Positions 49,408 through 62,216 of a stretch of 64,000 bases of DNA are shown here, one piece after another. How positions within the stretch are numbered: the stretch's first letter is position 1; every line of letters begins with the position of its first letter. Both the position numbers and the translations under genes were made by a program. The notes beneath the pieces are model-generated. The model was given only the letters and a program-made list of their open reading frames with translations. It ran no database searches and was not told the origin of the DNA. Source of the stretch: Alphaproteobacteria bacterium (GTDB lineage: Bacteria > Pseudomonadota > Alphaproteobacteria > UBA7887); contig CBDCGL010000011.1 in assembly GCA_965216755.1 (NCBI GenBank), positions 3,936,001 to 4,000,000 on the forward strand, given 5' to 3'.

Positions 49408-51093
49408 TTGGCGAGCCATCAATATGTCTTTGTGATGAACGGCCTGAACAAAGTGTATTCGGGCGGTCGCCAGGTGCTGAAAGATGTGCGCCTGTCGTTT
49501 CTGCCGGGCGCCAAAATAGGTGTTCTGGGGGCAAACGGGGCTGGAAAGTCGACTTTGTTGCGGATCATGGCCGGCACGGACACCGACTTTGACGGTGAGG
49601 CGTGGGCGGCGGAAGGCTTGCGGGTCGGTTTTCTGCCCCAGGAACCGGTTTTGGACGATACCAAAACAGTGCTTGAGAACGTGACCGAGGGGGTCGCGGA
49701 GACCAAGGGGCTGTTGGACCAATTCGAGGCGGTCAGCGCCAAATTCGCCGAAGTGAGCGACGACGACGAAATGGCGGCGTTGCTGGACGAACAAGCGACG
49801 TTGCAGGAACGCATTGACGCCGCTGATGCTTGGGAACTTGACCGGCAGATCGATATTGCGCTGGACGCATTGCGCTGTCCGCCGAGCGGGTCGCCGGTTG
49901 ACAGTCTGTCCGGCGGTGAGCGGCGGCGCGTGGCCTTGTGCCGCCTGTTGCTGTCGCGCCCGGACATGCTACTGCTCGACGAACCCACCAACCATTTGGA
50001 TGCCGAGTCGGTCGCCTGGTTGGAACGCTTTCTGGACGATTATGAGGGCACCGTGGTGGCGGTCACCCATGATCGCTATTTTCTGGACAACGTCGCCGGC
50101 TGGATCCTGGAGATCGACCGCGGTCACTGCATTCCCTGGCAGGGCAACTACTCGTCGTGGCTGGACCAAAAGGAAAAGCGGCTGGCTCAGGAAGCGCGCG
50201 AGGACGTGGCACGCCGACGCACGCTGAAAGGTGAGCTGGAGTGGATTCAGGCCAGTCCGCGTGCCCGCCAAGCCAAGGCGAAAGCGCGCATTACGGCCTA
50301 TGAATCGCTGCTCGCCGAAGCCGATGCCCGTGAGTCCCGCGCTGGCCCGGCGCAGATCACGATCCCGCCAGGCCCGCGCCTTGGCGATGTCGTTATCGAG
50401 GCCGACAAGGTCTCCAAGGCGTTTGCCGACAAGTTCCTTATCGACGGGCTTTCGTTCCAGTTGCCGCCCGGTGCCATTGTTGGCGTGATTGGCCCGAACG
50501 GTGCTGGCAAGACGACCCTGTTTCGCATGATTGTGCGGCAGGAAACGCCTGATTCCGGGACATTGCGTCTTGGTGATACCGTCCAACTGGGATATGTCGA
50601 CCAGTCGCGCGAAAGCCTGGATCCCAAACGCTCGGTCTGGGAGGAGATCTCTGACGGTCTGGATACAATCGCGCTGGGCAAACGCGAGGTCAACAGCCGC
50701 GCTTACGTGTCCTGGTTTAACTTCAAGGGCGCCGACCAGCAGAAGCCTGTGGGGGTGTTGTCGGGCGGCGAACGAAATCGCGTCCATTTGGCGAAGATGC
50801 TCAGGTCCGGCGCCAATGTGTTGCTTTTGGATGAGCCGACCAATGATCTTGATGTCGAAACCCTGCGCGCGCTAGAGGAGGGGTTGGAGTCCTTTGCCGG
50901 TTGCGTCGTGGTGATCAGCCATGACCGTTGGTTCTTGGATCGGATCGCGACCCATATTCTGGCGTTTGAAGGCGATAGCCATGTCGAGTGGTTTGAGGGC
51001 AACTACGCTGACTACGAAGCCGACCGCCGCCACCGCATGGGCGACGACGCCGATCAGCCACATCGGATTCGCTATAAGCCGATTTCGCGTTAG
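49408..51093 (+). CDS. ettA: Energy-dependent translational throttle (ABC-F)
   Basis: Two ABC cassettes, [27 protein letters not shown]-like LSGGERNR, C-terminal PHRIRYK. Confidence 0.95.
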   Translation: MASHQYVFVMNGLNKVYSGGRQVLKDVRLSFLPGAKIGVLGANGAGKSTLLRIMAGTDTDFDGEAWAAEGLRVGFLPQEPVLDDTKTVLENVTEGVAETKGLLDQFEAVSAKFAEVSDDDEMAALLDEQATLQERIDAADAWELDRQIDIALDALRCPPSGSPVDSLSGGERRRVALCRLLLSRPDMLLLDEPTNHLDAESVAWLERFLDDYEGTVVAVTHDRYFLDNVAGWILEIDRGHCIPWQGNYSSWLDQKEKRLAQEAREDVARRRTLKGELEWIQASPRARQAKAKARITAYESLLAEADARESRAGPAQITIPPGPRLGDVVIEADKVSKAFADKFLIDGLSFQLPPGAIVGVIGPNGAGKTTLFRMIVRQETPDSGTLRLGDTVQLGYVDQSRESLDPKRSVWEEISDGLDTIALGKREVNSRAYVSWFNFKGADQQKPVGVLSGGERNRVHLAKMLRSGANVLLLDEPTNDLDVETLRALEEGLESFAGCVVVISHDRWFLDRIATHILAFEGDSHVEWFEGNYADYEADRRHRMGDDADQPHRIRYKPISR

Positions 51094-51125
51094 GTGGCTC
51101 GCCCAGACCGGGCGATTGGGCCGGT

Positions 51126-51758
51126 TTAGGATTCGGCGCGGCCCGATTGGTTCATGGTGCTCAGCAAACCGATCAAGCCGTCGAGCCCGTCGCGGGCGAT
51201 GACCGATGTGAACTCGGACCTTTTGGTGGTCATCATGCTGACCCCCTCGGCGGCCACGTCGATGATGCGATGTCCGTTATCGGTTGAACGCACAAGCCAG
51301 TCCAAACGCAGCGCCGGATCCGCGCCACGTTCGATTTCCGTAAACACGATGGTGTCACCATTGTTGCGCGCGACAATCTGCTTGATCACCACTTTTTCGT
51401 TGTTGTAAGCGCCAAGCTGCGAGACGTAGACGTTCAAAATATGCTCGCGGAAGACACGGGCGAACACTTCCCGCTGGTTGTCGTCGGCGCGGCGCCAGTA
51501 ACGCCCGATCACCAGCTTGGTGATCAAGGGCAAGTCGAAATTTGCGTCGATAAGATGTTCAAACCCGGCGCGGCGGGCGGTGGTGTCATCAACCGGCACC
51601 TGCAGGACGGCGATCGCCTCGGCAATCATCTGCTCGACGAAGGCGCCCATCTCCGCGTCTTGTTGACCCGCCTGTGCCGGCGGCGCCAGCAAGGCGGCGC
51701 CCGCCAGGATCGCCCCCACCCCTGCCATGAATGTCCGTCGCATCATCATCTGACTCAT
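51126..51758 (-). CDS. mlaC: MlaC/Ttg2D phospholipid-binding protein
   Basis: Signal peptide, FD......IGRYWR, IIDV.AEGVSM..TKRSEF. Confidence 0.88.
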   Translation of the reverse strand: MSQMMMRRTFMAGVGAILAGAALLAPPAQAGQQDAEMGAFVEQMIAEAIAVLQVPVDDTTARRAGFEHLIDANFDLPLITKLVIGRYWRRADDNQREVFARVFREHILNVYVSQLGAYNNEKVVIKQIVARNNGDTIVFTEIERGADPALRLDWLVRSTDNGHRIIDVAAEGVSMMTTKRSEFTSVIARDGLDGLIGLLSTMNQSGRAES

Positions 51759-52606
51759 TCCGCATAACTCAGGTCATTGTCAAACGGGTCTGCCGGGCTC
51801 CCCAAGAACGGGTCAACCTCTTGCGGCTTGCCGTTGTCAATCAGATCCTTACGACGTTGACGATAGGCACTTCTGAGGGCCGCGTAGAAATCGATCGACG
51901 TGCGTTCAATCTCATCGAGCACATCGACATTGCGCGCATATTGGTCGACGCCACTTACGGCTCCCATAATGGGCCCTATGAACTCAACGTTATGATCTGC
52001 AAAGACGTAAGTAAGTGGATCGAGGAAGATATCAACACCTCGGCCTATACCATCGCGAACACTTGACGGACCAAAAAGTGGAAAAACAAGATAGGCGCCA
52101 TCTTTTGACCCCCACACCGCCAATGTTTGGCCGAAATCTTCGTCCAGGGGCTCCAGCCCGAAATCTTCTTTTGCCACGTCAATCATGCCGCCAATGCCCA
52201 ATGTGGTATTGATCACGATGCGGCCCAGGATGTGGGTAGCCCGTCGAAAATCGCCCTGCAGGGTGGCGTTAAAAAAGTTGACCGGTTCGCCCGCATTGTC
52301 CAAGACGCCACGGATCGCATCGCGAATTTCTTGTGGCAAAACAGCGGTATACGCATTTGCGGCCGGGCGTAGCGCAACCCTGGCAAAAAAGAGATTGAAA
52401 TCGAAAATGGCCCGGTTCATGGGCTCGAGCGGATCGTTCGTCGCTTCGAATTCGGCGACGGCCTCAAGGTCATCGGCCGGCGGCGGCGTTGCGCAGGCGG
52501 CGACGAAATAAGACACGACCGCAACCAACAACAACGGTGCGCGGCTTGCGCCATGCTCGTGGTTCGCGCCACGAGCGGGTCCCAGGCGTTCTGGCATGAA
52601 AGTCAT
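51755..52606 (-). CDS. mlaA: MlaA/VacJ lipoprotein
   Basis: Lipobox VAAC, DPLEPMNR, NTTLGIGG..D, EDFGQTL, GPSSVRD. Confidence 0.92.
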   Translation of the reverse strand: MTFMPERLGPARGANHEHGASRAPLLLVAVVSYFVAACATPPPADDLEAVAEFEATNDPLEPMNRAIFDFNLFFARVALRPAANAYTAVLPQEIRDAIRGVLDNAGEPVNFFNATLQGDFRRATHILGRIVINTTLGIGGMIDVAKEDFGLEPLDEDFGQTLAVWGSKDGAYLVFPLFGPSSVRDGIGRGVDIFLDPLTYVFADHNVEFIGPIMGAVSGVDQYARNVDVLDEIERTSIDFYAALRSAYRQRRKDLIDNGKPQEVDPFLGSPADPFDNDLSYAE

Positions 52607-52859
52607 TGACCGCGAAGTGCGCTAATCACTCCGGCCCCCCGATTGAGCCATCCCTGAACAACTTGGCGTCGCATGAGTCAGGGCGCGTATAACCCCGATT
52701 AAGAGAGAATCGCATACGCCGATACGAAAATATAGTCGTTCTGTTGGCCAGTTTTCCAGCCGTCGCGGCCCAATTCGACGAATTTCCCGTCGACCGGGAG
52801 CAATTATGTGGATTTGTCAATGACATCAAGAATTCGCTGGACACGGATTGTCGTTAATC

Positions 52860-52891
52860 ATAACTATATAAGAATATCTTTATATAGTTAT
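52860..52891. promoter_or_regulatory. Palindromic operator, probably SahR box
   Basis: ataactatataa-N8-ttatatagttat perfect 12-bp arms just upstream of the ArsR-methyltransferase gene. Confidence 0.75.
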
Positions 52892-52894
52892 TGA

Positions 52895-53890
52895 GTGGAG
52901 ATGTCGTCTGTCGACTACTTCCTGAATGCGCTCAGAGCTGCGGCCGAATCGACTCGTCTTCGGCTGCTGGCCTTGTGCGCCGAGGGCGAACTGACGGTGA
53001 CCGAGCTGACGGAGATTCTCGGCCAGAGCCAGCCGCGCGTCTCACGCCACCTGAAACTGCTGTGCGAGGCTGGGTTGCTGGAACGCTATCAAGAACGGAC
53101 ATGGGCATTCTATCGCCTCGCCGAACGCACCGAGGGCGCCGAGCTTGCGCGTCGCTTGCACGCTTTGTTGCCGCGGGACGACCCGACTTTAGCCTTGGAC
53201 CGGGAACGATTGGATGCGGTCAAACGCCTGCGGGCCGAGCGCGCCGCGCGCTTTTTTCGCGAGAACGCCGCGCGGTGGAACGAAATTCGCGCCCTATATG
53301 TATCCGAGGAGGAAGTTGAAAAGGCGCTGTTGAAGATACTCGGGACCGCGCCGATGGCGGAGTTCCTCGACATCGGCACGGGAACGGGCCGAATTCTGCA
53401 GCTGATGGCGCCCTATGCGGCGCGTGGCGTCGGCATCGATCTGTCGCACGCCATGCTTGATGTGGCGCGGGTCAATCTGGAAGAAGCGGGGCAGCATCAT
53501 TGTCAGGTTCGGCATGGCAACATGTACCAACTGCCGTTCGCGTCGCAGACCTTTGATGCGGTGTCGATCCACATGGTGCTTCATTTCGCCGATCGCCCGG
53601 CCCAGGCCTTGGCCGAGGCGGCGCGGGTCTTGCGGCCCGGGGGGCGACTGGCCGTGATCGACTTTGCACCCCACGACGTTGAGGCTTTGCGTGAAAACTT
53701 TGCGCATCGGCGCCTGGGCTTTGCAGAGTCCGAGGTCGACGGATGGCTTAGAACAGCCGGCGTGCGTCCCGGCGCGACGGTCCGACTGCCGGGGGATCCG
53801 CTGACTGTGCTGATTTGGCATGGCGTGCGTGACAACATCGTGCGCTTGGATGACTCGCAGACGGCCATAGCGCGGAGCGCCTCATTGTGA
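52895..53890 (+). CDS. sahR: ArsR HTH + SAM-binding domain regulator (SahR-type)
   Basis: LGQSQPRVSRHLKLL, LDIGTGTGR, HRRLGF; heads a metF-metH operon. Confidence 0.82.
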   Translation: MEMSSVDYFLNALRAAAESTRLRLLALCAEGELTVTELTEILGQSQPRVSRHLKLLCEAGLLERYQERTWAFYRLAERTEGAELARRLHALLPRDDPTLALDRERLDAVKRLRAERAARFFRENAARWNEIRALYVSEEEVEKALLKILGTAPMAEFLDIGTGTGRILQLMAPYAARGVGIDLSHAMLDVARVNLEEAGQHHCQVRHGNMYQLPFASQTFDAVSIHMVLHFADRPAQALAEAARVLRPGGRLAVIDFAPHDVEALRENFAHRRLGFAESEVDGWLRTAGVRPGATVRLPGDPLTVLIWHGVRDNIVRLDDSQTAIARSASL

Positions 53891-54807
53891 CGGCCGCGCG
53901 TTCTGGAAATGGGTCGCCATCGCGCCGCGTGGCGCCAACAGTGTCATTTGAGTTCTTCCCGCCAAAGACCGACAAGATGGCCCAGGCTTTATGGCGATCG
54001 ATCGAGCGCTTGGCGCCGCTGAATCCGCAATTTGTTTCGGTTACGTACGGTGCGGGTGGCGGCACCCGCGAGCGCACCCACGCCGTGGTCGAGAGAATTC
54101 GGGAGACCACAGCGCTTGAACCAGCGGCCCATTTGACATGTGTCGGCGCGAGTCGCGCACAAGTCGACGAGGTTGCCAAGCGATACCGCCATGCCGGCGT
54201 GCATCACATCGTCGCGCTGCGTGGCGATCCGCCGGACGGCGGTGGCGGGTTCACGCCGCACGCCGATGGTTATGCCGGCTCGGTCGACCTTATCGCCGGA
54301 TTGCGGCAGCTCGGGGATTTCGAGATCAGCGCCGGCGCCTATCCGGAACCCCATCCTGACTCGCACGGGCCCGTGCGGGACATCGAGCTGCTCAAACGAA
54401 AGATCGATTCCGGTGCCGGTCGGCTGATCACGCAGTTCTTCTTTGACAACGAAGTCTTCCTGCGTTTTCTAGACCGGGTCCACGCTGCCGGTATCGCGGT
54501 GCCCATCGTTCCCGGTATCTTGCCGGTGACCAATTTCAAACAAGTCGCGCGTTTCAGCGCCCAGTGTGGCGCCACGGTGCCGGATTGGTTGGCAGCGCGT
54601 TTTGAAACCTTGGACGATGATCCGGGCACAAGGACGTTGGTTGCCGCGGCAACGGCCGCCGAGCAATGTCTGGCGTTGCACGAATCGGGCGTTGATCACT
54701 TTCATTTTTACACCCTCAACCGGGCGGATCTGGTCTACGCGATCTGCCACATGCTTGGCTTGCGGCCGGCGCCCGCTGTCGCGGCGATGCCGCGCGCGGC
54801 GGAATAG
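53887..54807 (+). CDS. metF: Methylenetetrahydrofolate reductase
   Basis: VSFEFFPPK, SVTYGAGG, ALRGD, ITQFFF, HFYTLN. Confidence 0.96.
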   Translation: MTAARSGNGSPSRRVAPTVSFEFFPPKTDKMAQALWRSIERLAPLNPQFVSVTYGAGGGTRERTHAVVERIRETTALEPAAHLTCVGASRAQVDEVAKRYRHAGVHHIVALRGDPPDGGGGFTPHADGYAGSVDLIAGLRQLGDFEISAGAYPEPHPDSHGPVRDIELLKRKIDSGAGRLITQFFFDNEVFLRFLDRVHAAGIAVPIVPGILPVTNFKQVARFSAQCGATVPDWLAARFETLDDDPGTRTLVAAATAAEQCLALHESGVDHFHFYTLNRADLVYAICHMLGLRPAPAVAAMPRAAE

Positions 54808-54819
54808 GACTGCAACAAG

Positions 54820-57800
54820 ATGATCGATCTGTGGGCATTGCTGCGCGAGCGGGTTTTGCTGGCCGACGCCGCCATGGGCAGTCAGACGCAGTTGCTCGAT
54901 CTTGACATCGATCGCGATTTTCGGGGCTGCGAGAACTGTACGGAAATCCTCAACCAGAGCCGCCCCGATCTGATCCGCGGGATTCACGAAACGAGCTTGG
55001 CCGCAGGGTCGGATCTGGTCCAGACCAACAGCTTTGGCGGATCACCGATGACCCTGGCTGAATTTGGCTTGGCCGATCAGGCGTTTGTTCTCAACAAGGG
55101 GGCCGCAGAACTCGCCTGCGAGGCGGTGGAACAGTTTTCCGGCGATGGTCGGGTGCGCGGCGTTTTGGGGTCGATCGGGCCCGGCACGAAATTGCCGAGC
55201 CTTGGCCATGTCGCTTACCAAGACGTCGAAGACGCCATAGCCACGCAGGCGGCCGGCCTGATCGCCGGAGGCGTGGACGGATTCATTATCGAGACCGTGC
55301 AGGACGTCTTGCAGGCAAAAGCCGCGGTAAACGGAGCGCGCCGCGCCATGGCCGAGGTTGGGCGCGAATTGCCCTTGATCGTACAGGTTACCGTGGAAAC
55401 CAACGGCGCCTTGTTGATGGGCGCCGATATTGCGGCCGCGATCACCGCGTTACATGCCATGCGTGTGTCTGCTGCGGGTCTGAACTGTGCCACCGGACCG
55501 CAGGAAATGGCAGAGCATCTGCGTTGGCTGTCGTCCAACTGGCCGGGGCCGATCGCCGTGCAACCGAACGCCGGGCTTCCCGAGTTGGTCGAAGGCAAGC
55601 CGCACTATCCACTCAGCCCACAGGAAATGGCGGCGTGGTTGGAGCGCTTCGTCGAGGAAGACGGTGTCTCGCTGATCGGTGGTTGTTGTGGTACCACGGC
55701 GACACATATCGAGGCGCTAAACGCCATGTTGATGGCCCGTGCGGGCGGCGCGGCGCGACCGGCTCCGGTCAAGCGTCAGGTGCATTGGGTGCCATCGGTG
55801 GCCTCGATTTATCAGCAAGTGCCGCTGCGCCAAGAGAACGCCATTTTGATGATCGGCGAGCGCTGCAACGCCAACGGCAGCCGCAAATTCCGCGAATTGC
55901 AGGCCGCTGAATCGTGGGACGGCTGCGTGGCCATGGCGCGCGATCAACAGGCCGAAGGTTCGCACTGTATTGATTTGTGTACTGCCTATGTCGGGCGTAA
56001 TGAAACGCACGATATGTCGACGTTGATTGAGCACGTGCGTGGCGCCGTGGCGTTGCCACTGGTGTTTGATTCAACCGAACGCGATGTGCTTGAGGCCGCG
56101 TTCAAGCTCTACGGTGGCAAAGCCATCTTGAATTCGATCAATTTCGAAGATGGCGAAGGCCCGGCGGCAGAGCGCTTGGCTCTGGCACGCCGATTTGGCG
56201 CGGCGGTCATCGCCTTGACCATTGACGAGCAGGGCATGGCCAAGGATGCGGCCGGCAAACTGCGGATCGCCAAGCGGCTGCATGACTTTGCGACACGTGA
56301 ACACGGTTTGGCGTCATCCGACATTTTGATCGATCCGCTGACGTTCACAATTTGCACCGGCAATGAAGATGATCGCAAGTTGGGGATCGAGACGCTCGAC
56401 GGCATCGAGCAGATCGCGCGCGCACTGCCCGATTGCCAGATCGTGCTCGGCTTGTCGAACATCTCGTTCGGTTTGAAGCCGGCGGCACGCCATGTCCTGA
56501 ATTCGGTTTTCTTGGATCACGCGGTGAAACGCGGCATGAACGCGGCGATTGTCCATGTCGGCAAGATCGTATCCTTGCACAAGATTCCACCAAACGAAGT
56601 TAAAGCAGCGGAAGATCTGATCTTCGATCGGCGCGCACCCGGTTTTGATCCCTTGCACGCCTTTATCGCATTGTTCACCGATCGCAAGGCCGCGACCGCC
56701 AAGACCAAGAAACGCGCACACAAGATCGAAGCGCGGTTGGCTGAACGCATCGTCGATGGCGATCGCGAAGGGTTGGACGCGGATCTTGATCGCGCGCTGA
56801 AACAACATCCGCCGTTGACGATCATCAACAAGTTTCTGCTTGATGGGATGAAAACTGTCGGCGAGCTGTTCGGCTCAGGCAAAATGCAACTGCCTTTCGT
56901 TTTGCAGTCCGCCGAGACGATGAAGGCGGCGGTGTCCTATTTGGAATCCTTCATGGATCGCGTCGACGGTGAGCACAAGGGGACGATCGTTTTGGCCACG
57001 GTCAAGGGCGACGTCCACGATATCGGCAAGAATTTGACCGATATTATTTTGTCCAATAATGGTTATCGGGTGATCAATCTGGGGATCAAGCAGCCGATCG
57101 GGGATATTCTTTCCGCGTCGAAAGTGCATCAGGCGGACGCCATCGGTATGTCTGGCTTGTTGGTCAAGTCGACGGCAATCATGCGCGAGAATCTCCAGGA
57201 AATGACACGCCAGAGTCTGGAGGTGCCGGTGTTGCTGGGCGGCGCTGCCTTGACCCGGCGTTATGTGGAAGATGATTGTGTCCGTGCCTATCAAGCCGGC
57301 CGCGTCGCCTATGCCCGTGACGCCTTTGACGGTTTAAAACTGATGGATGCGATCGTCGACGGCACGTTTGATTCGCGCCTTGCCGACATCGCGCAAAAGC
57401 GTTCAAAAACAGTGGTGCGCGACGCTGAATTTTTGGCCGCGCCCGCCGCGGCCGCGTCCGAGGAAGGCGCGGTTGCTGTCGCCGTGGCGCTAAAAGGGGG
57501 GCCACAGACTCGCGCCAAGCCGCGCCGCACGGAACATAGCGGGCAAGCGCGCAGGCCGGGCGCCGATGACCACGTCGTTCCCCTGAGGCCGGTTGAGGGC
57601 AAACGCCACATTCTGCACAATGGCGATCTGGCGGCCGTCGCCGACATTCCGGCGCCGCCCTTCTGGGGCGCCCGAATCATCGAGGAAGTGCCCATTCGGG
57701 CCTTATTGCCCTATCTCAACACCCACATGCTGTACCAGTTTCACTGGGGTTTCAAAAAGCAGGGGCGCCGTTTTCACGAGTTCAAAGCGTGGGCCAAGCG

Positions 57801-58449
57801 CGAGCTGCGGCCGATCTTGGAACGGGTCATCAATCTGTGCGAGCAGGATCATGTTTTGAAACCGACCGCGGCCTACGGCTACTGGCCCGCCGCGGCCGAC
57901 GGCGACGATATCGTGCTATACACGCCGCCGAACGGCGCGGGTCCGGGCGCCGAAGTCGCGCGCTTCGCCATGCCGCGTCAACAGCGGCCGGGTGGTCTGT
58001 GTCTTGCCGACTTTTTGCATCCGGTCGGCAATGGGGTACGCGACGTGATCGGGCTGCAAGTGGTCACCGTTGGCCAGCGGGCGTCAGATGTGGCGCGGCA
58101 ATGGTTCGCTGACGATCGCTATCAGGATTACCTTTATTTGCACGGACTCGGTGTGGAAATGGCGGAAGCGATGGCCGAATTCACCCACAAGCGAATCCGC
58201 GACGAACTCGGCTTTGGGCACGAAGACGACCGCGATATGGAGAAACTGCTCAAGCAGGGTTATCGTGGCGCGCGCTATTCGTTCGGCTACCCGGCGTGTC
58301 CCAATTTGCACGATCAGGAACAGCTTTTGGCATTGTTGGGCGCCGACCGCGTCGGCCTGGTGCTCGGCGACGAAGACCAACTCCATCCCGAGCAGTCAAC
58401 GTCGGCGATCGTGCTCCACCATCCCCAGGCTTGCTATTTCACGATTTAG
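54820..58449 (+). CDS. metH: B12-dependent methionine synthase
   Basis: [26 protein letters not shown] cobalamin motif, [10 protein letters not shown]. Confidence 0.96.
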   Translation: MIDLWALLRERVLLADAAMGSQTQLLDLDIDRDFRGCENCTEILNQSRPDLIRGIHETSLAAGSDLVQTNSFGGSPMTLAEFGLADQAFVLNKGAAELACEAVEQFSGDGRVRGVLGSIGPGTKLPSLGHVAYQDVEDAIATQAAGLIAGGVDGFIIETVQDVLQAKAAVNGARRAMAEVGRELPLIVQVTVETNGALLMGADIAAAITALHAMRVSAAGLNCATGPQEMAEHLRWLSSNWPGPIAVQPNAGLPELVEGKPHYPLSPQEMAAWLERFVEEDGVSLIGGCCGTTATHIEALNAMLMARAGGAARPAPVKRQVHWVPSVASIYQQVPLRQENAILMIGERCNANGSRKFRELQAAESWDGCVAMARDQQAEGSHCIDLCTAYVGRNETHDMSTLIEHVRGAVALPLVFDSTERDVLEAAFKLYGGKAILNSINFEDGEGPAAERLALARRFGAAVIALTIDEQGMAKDAAGKLRIAKRLHDFATREHGLASSDILIDPLTFTICTGNEDDRKLGIETLDGIEQIARALPDCQIVLGLSNISFGLKPAARHVLNSVFLDHAVKRGMNAAIVHVGKIVSLHKIPPNEVKAAEDLIFDRRAPGFDPLHAFIALFTDRKAATAKTKKRAHKIEARLAERIVDGDREGLDADLDRALKQHPPLTIINKFLLDGMKTVGELFGSGKMQLPFVLQSAETMKAAVSYLESFMDRVDGEHKGTIVLATVKGDVHDIGKNLTDIILSNNGYRVINLGIKQPIGDILSASKVHQADAIGMSGLLVKSTAIMRENLQEMTRQSLEVPVLLGGAALTRRYVEDDCVRAYQAGRVAYARDAFDGLKLMDAIVDGTFDSRLADIAQKRSKTVVRDAEFLAAPAAAASEEGAVAVAVALKGGPQTRAKPRRTEHSGQARRPGADDHVVPLRPVEGKRHILHNGDLAAVADIPAPPFWGARIIEEVPIRALLPYLNTHMLYQFHWGFKKQGRRFHEFKAWAKRELRPILERVINLCEQDHVLKPTAAYGYWPAAADGDDIVLYTPPNGAGPGAEVARFAMPRQQRPGGLCLADFLHPVGNGVRDVIGLQVVTVGQRASDVARQWFADDRYQDYLYLHGLGVEMAEAMAEFTHKRIRDELGFGHEDDRDMEKLLKQGYRGARYSFGYPACPNLHDQEQLLALLGADRVGLVLGDEDQLHPEQSTSAIVLHHPQACYFTI

Positions 58450-61400
58450 CCGGCTTTACCGCGCCGAATCCGCCGGCACCCGGCGTCTTGATGACAAATA
58501 CATCGCCGGTGTTGACCGCGATTTCTGCCGCACCGCTCAATTCCTCGACCCCGCCATCGGCACGTTCCACGTAATTGTGACCGCATTGACCGGGCGCACC
58601 GCCGGCAACACCAAACGGTGCGACGCGCCGATGGCTGGACAAAATCGCCGCGGTCATGGGCTTCAAAAAACGCACCCTGCGCACGGTGCCGTCACCGCCG
58701 CGATGGCGGCCGTCGCCGCCGGAGCCGGCGCGTATGGCGAACTTTTCCAACAGCACCGGAAAGCGCCATTCCAGAACTTCCGGATCGGTCAGGCGTGAAT
58801 TGGTCATGTGCGTGTGGATGGCGCTGGTGCCGTCGAAATCCGGCCCGGCGCCGGCCCCGCCACAAATCGTCTCGTAATACTGCCAGCGCTCATCGCCGAA
58901 CGTGAAATTGTTCATGGTGCCCTGCGATGCCGCCAAGACGCCAAGCGCACCATACAATGTATCGACAATATTTTGGCTGGTTTCCACATTGCCCGCGACG
59001 ACTGCGGCCGGATAGCTGGGACTCAGCAAGCTTTTTTCCGGAATGACCAGGTCCAAGGGCTCCAGACAGCCTTCGTTCATGGGAATGTCGTCGTCGACCA
59101 ACGACCGGAACACATACAAGACCGCCGCCCGACAAACAGCCGTCGGCGCGTTGAAGTTGCTGTTTTGCTGGGGTGACGTGCCGGTGAAATCAATCCGTGC
59201 CCGGCGCGCCGTTTTGTCGATCGTGATCGCCACTTGGATGACGCTGCCGTCGTCGAGCGCATAGGCAAAGGAGCCGTTGGTCAGGACGTCGAGAACTCGT
59301 CGCACCGACTCAGCCGCATTGTCCTGTACGTGGCCCATATAGGCCTCGACCACGTCCAGGCCGAAATGGGCGATCATGCGGCCGAGTTCGATGACGCCTT
59401 TCTGATTGGCGGCGATTTGCGCCTTTAGATCCGCGATGTTTTGATCGATGTTGCGCGCCGGATACGGGCCGGACCCGAGGATCGCACGCAGGGCGTCTTC
59501 CTGCAGGCGTCCCTTGGCCACCAACAAGACATTGTCGAGCAATACGCCTTCTTCTTCGACGGTATGGCTGTTGGGGGGCATGGAGCCCGGGGTCAGGCCG
59601 CCAATATCGGCGTGATGGCCTCGGCTCGCGACGTAAAACAGCACGCGCGTTTGGTCCGCGTCGAACACGGGCGTAATCACGGTTACGTCAGGCAAATGTG
59701 TGCCACCGGCATATGGCGCATTGAGCACATAGACTTCGCCCGCTTTAACCGAACCGGCGCGGGCGCGAATAATTGTGCGCACGCTTTCGCCCATCGACCC
59801 CAAATGGACCGGCATGTGCGGGGCGTTGGCGACCAGATCGCCGTCGCGGTCGAACACCGCACAGGAGAAATCCAGGCGCTCTTTCATGTTCACGGAGTGA
59901 CTGGTGTTTTCAAGCACGCTGCCCATTTGTTCGGCAATCGACATGAACAGGTTGTTGAACACTTCCAGCATGACCGGATCGACAGTGGTGCCAATTGCGG
60001 CGCGTACGGCGCGGGGCGTGGTGCGGTCCATTACCACGTGATTGCAGTCGCTGATCGCGGCCGTCCAGCCCGGCTCGATCACCGTGGTTCCCGTGCGCTC
60101 GACAATGATGGCGGGGCCGGCGACGCGATTGCCAGGACCCAAATCGTCACGTTCATAGATGGCGGCATCGTGGCGGACCCCGTCGGTGATCATGGGTGTT
60201 GTCAGGCGCGGCGACGGCAGGGGCCCTACGGTCGTGTCGTGACGGGCGTCAGTTTCGGTTTCGGTGGCGCCGATCAATTCGACCGCGATCGCCTCGACGA
60301 TCAGACGTTTATCCGGCGCGACGAACCCGTATCTTTGCCGATGGGCGGCCTCAAACGCCGTGATGATCGTCGCGATATCACCGAAATCGACGGTCAACGG
60401 CGCGTCGGTGCCGTCGTAGCGGACGTGGAGCTTGCGCAACACCGTGATCTGGTCGGCCGTTACGCCTTGGCGCAGAATTTCGACGCGCGCGGCAGCCGCC
60501 AATTGATTAAGGCCGTCTTCCAAGACGCGTACCAATCCGCTTTCGAGCGGCGCCTCGACCGCCTTCTCGCGCAGCACGCGGATGTCGGCAAGGCCCATAC
60601 CATAGGCGGACAAGACGCCGGCAAACGGGTGAATCAGAATCCTGCTCATGCCCAGGGTGTCGGCAACGGCGCAGACATGTTGGCCGGCGGCGGCGCCAAA
60701 CCCGCACAATGTGTATTCGGTGACGTCATAGCCGCGCTGAATCGAAATGACCTTGATGGCATTGGCCATATTATCGACGGCTATACGTCGAAAGCCTTCG
60801 GCAACCGCGGCGGCGTCGCGCTTGTCGCCGGTCGCGGCCGCGATATCTGCCGCCAGTTTGTCGAAACGGCGACGCACAATCTCGACATCTAAGCCCTGAT
60901 CGCCGTTCGGACCGAACACTTTGGGAAAAAATGCCGGTTGAATCTTGCCAAGCATAACGTTGCAGTCGGTGACTGTCAGTGGACCGCCGCGGCGATAACA
61001 GGCGGGACCCGGATTGGCGCTGGCTGAATCCGGCCCGACCCGGTAGCGGGCGCCGTCGAAATGGACCACCGAACCGCCGCCGGCGGCAACGGTATGGATC
61101 CGCATCATCGGCGCGCGCACCCGCACACCGGCGACCATGCTGTCAAAGGTCCGCTCAAAGTGGCCGTCGAAATGGGACACATCGGTCGACGTGCCACCCA
61201 TGTCGAAACCGATAATCTTATCAAAGCCGGCCATGGCCGCCGTGCGAACGACGCCGACAACGCCTCCGGCGGGGCCGGACAAAATGGCGTCCTTGCCCTG
61301 AAATCGGCCGGCCTCGGCCAATCCGCCATTGGATTGCATGAACATCAACCGGGTATCGCCCAGCGCGCCAGCGAGGCGATCGATATAGCGCGCCAAAATC

Positions 61401-62071
61401 GGCGACAGATAGGCGTCGGCGACCGTCGTGTCGCCGCGGCTGACCAACTTCATCAAAGGCGTTACGGCGTGGGACGCCGAGACTTGGGTAAAGCCAAGCT
61501 CGCGCGCAATATCGGCGACGCGCCGCTCGTGTTCAGGATAGCGATAGCCGTGCATGAACACGATCGCACACGCGCGGAGTCCTGTGGCGAACGCTGCGCT
61601 GAGCGCGTCACGGGCAGCTTGTTCATCGAGCGCCGTCAGCACCGCGCCGTCGGCGGTGAGCCGCTCATCGATTTCGACCACCCGTTCGTACAGCATGTCC
61701 GGAATACGAATGTTGCGATCGAACAGGCGCGGCCGATTTTGGTATCCGATGCGTAGGGCATCGGCGAAACCGCGCGTGGTGACCAAGCCGGTGCGATCGC
61801 CTTTGCGCTCGAGCAGCGCGTTGGTCGCGACCGTTGTGCCCATTTTGACGGCGGCGATCGCCGCGGCCGGAATCGCCTGTCTGCTATCCAAATCGAGCAG
61901 GCAGCGAATACCCTCCAGCGCGGCGTCGTCATATTGCTCGGGGTTATCCGACAACAGCTTGTGGGACAGCAGCCGGCCATCGGGGCGCTTGGCGACAATA
62001 TCGGTAAACGTGCCACCGCGATCGATCCAGAATTGCCATTGGGGCGAAACGGTATCGGCATTTTGGGTCAT
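58439..62071 (-). CDS. 5-oxoprolinase / hydantoinase A+B fusion
   Basis: [54 protein letters not shown]. Confidence 0.93.
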   Translation of the reverse strand: MTQNADTVSPQWQFWIDRGGTFTDIVAKRPDGRLLSHKLLSDNPEQYDDAALEGIRCLLDLDSRQAIPAAAIAAVKMGTTVATNALLERKGDRTGLVTTRGFADALRIGYQNRPRLFDRNIRIPDMLYERVVEIDERLTADGAVLTALDEQAARDALSAAFATGLRACAIVFMHGYRYPEHERRVADIARELGFTQVSASHAVTPLMKLVSRGDTTVADAYLSPILARYIDRLAGALGDTRLMFMQSNGGLAEAGRFQGKDAILSGPAGGVVGVVRTAAMAGFDKIIGFDMGGTSTDVSHFDGHFERTFDSMVAGVRVRAPMMRIHTVAAGGGSVVHFDGARYRVGPDSASANPGPACYRRGGPLTVTDCNVMLGKIQPAFFPKVFGPNGDQGLDVEIVRRRFDKLAADIAAATGDKRDAAAVAEGFRRIAVDNMANAIKVISIQRGYDVTEYTLCGFGAAAGQHVCAVADTLGMSRILIHPFAGVLSAYGMGLADIRVLREKAVEAPLESGLVRVLEDGLNQLAAAARVEILRQGVTADQITVLRKLHVRYDGTDAPLTVDFGDIATIITAFEAAHRQRYGFVAPDKRLIVEAIAVELIGATETETDARHDTTVGPLPSPRLTTPMITDGVRHDAAIYERDDLGPGNRVAGPAIIVERTGTTVIEPGWTAAISDCNHVVMDRTTPRAVRAAIGTTVDPVMLEVFNNLFMSIAEQMGSVLENTSHSVNMKERLDFSCAVFDRDGDLVANAPHMPVHLGSMGESVRTIIRARAGSVKAGEVYVLNAPYAGGTHLPDVTVITPVFDADQTRVLFYVASRGHHADIGGLTPGSMPPNSHTVEEEGVLLDNVLLVAKGRLQEDALRAILGSGPYPARNIDQNIADLKAQIAANQKGVIELGRMIAHFGLDVVEAYMGHVQDNAAESVRRVLDVLTNGSFAYALDDGSVIQVAITIDKTARRARIDFTGTSPQQNSNFNAPTAVCRAAVLYVFRSLVDDDIPMNEGCLEPLDLVIPEKSLLSPSYPAAVVAGNVETSQNIVDTLYGALGVLAASQGTMNNFTFGDERWQYYETICGGAGAGPDFDGTSAIHTHMTNSRLTDPEVLEWRFPVLLEKFAIRAGSGGDGRHRGGDGTVRRVRFLKPMTAAILSSHRRVAPFGVAGGAPGQCGHNYVERADGGVEELSGAAEIAVNTGDVFVIKTPGAGGFGAVKPAKS

Positions 62072-62216
62072 GGTCGCACTCGTTTTTGGGTGTTTGGCCA
62101 CCGCGGCGCGATAAGGTTTAGCAAATCTCGCCGCCATTGGTCCCGCCGTCTGGTGACCCGGGTCAGCGCGGCATGATACCCTCAAGGCGTGATGCGGCAA
62201 TTTGGCGGGAGATAGA

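Noticed and set aside
59441-60892. Long antisense ORFs (also 9047-10090, 7560-8573, 43383-44477)
   Set aside because: Expected shadows of GC-rich coding sequence with no recognisable motifs
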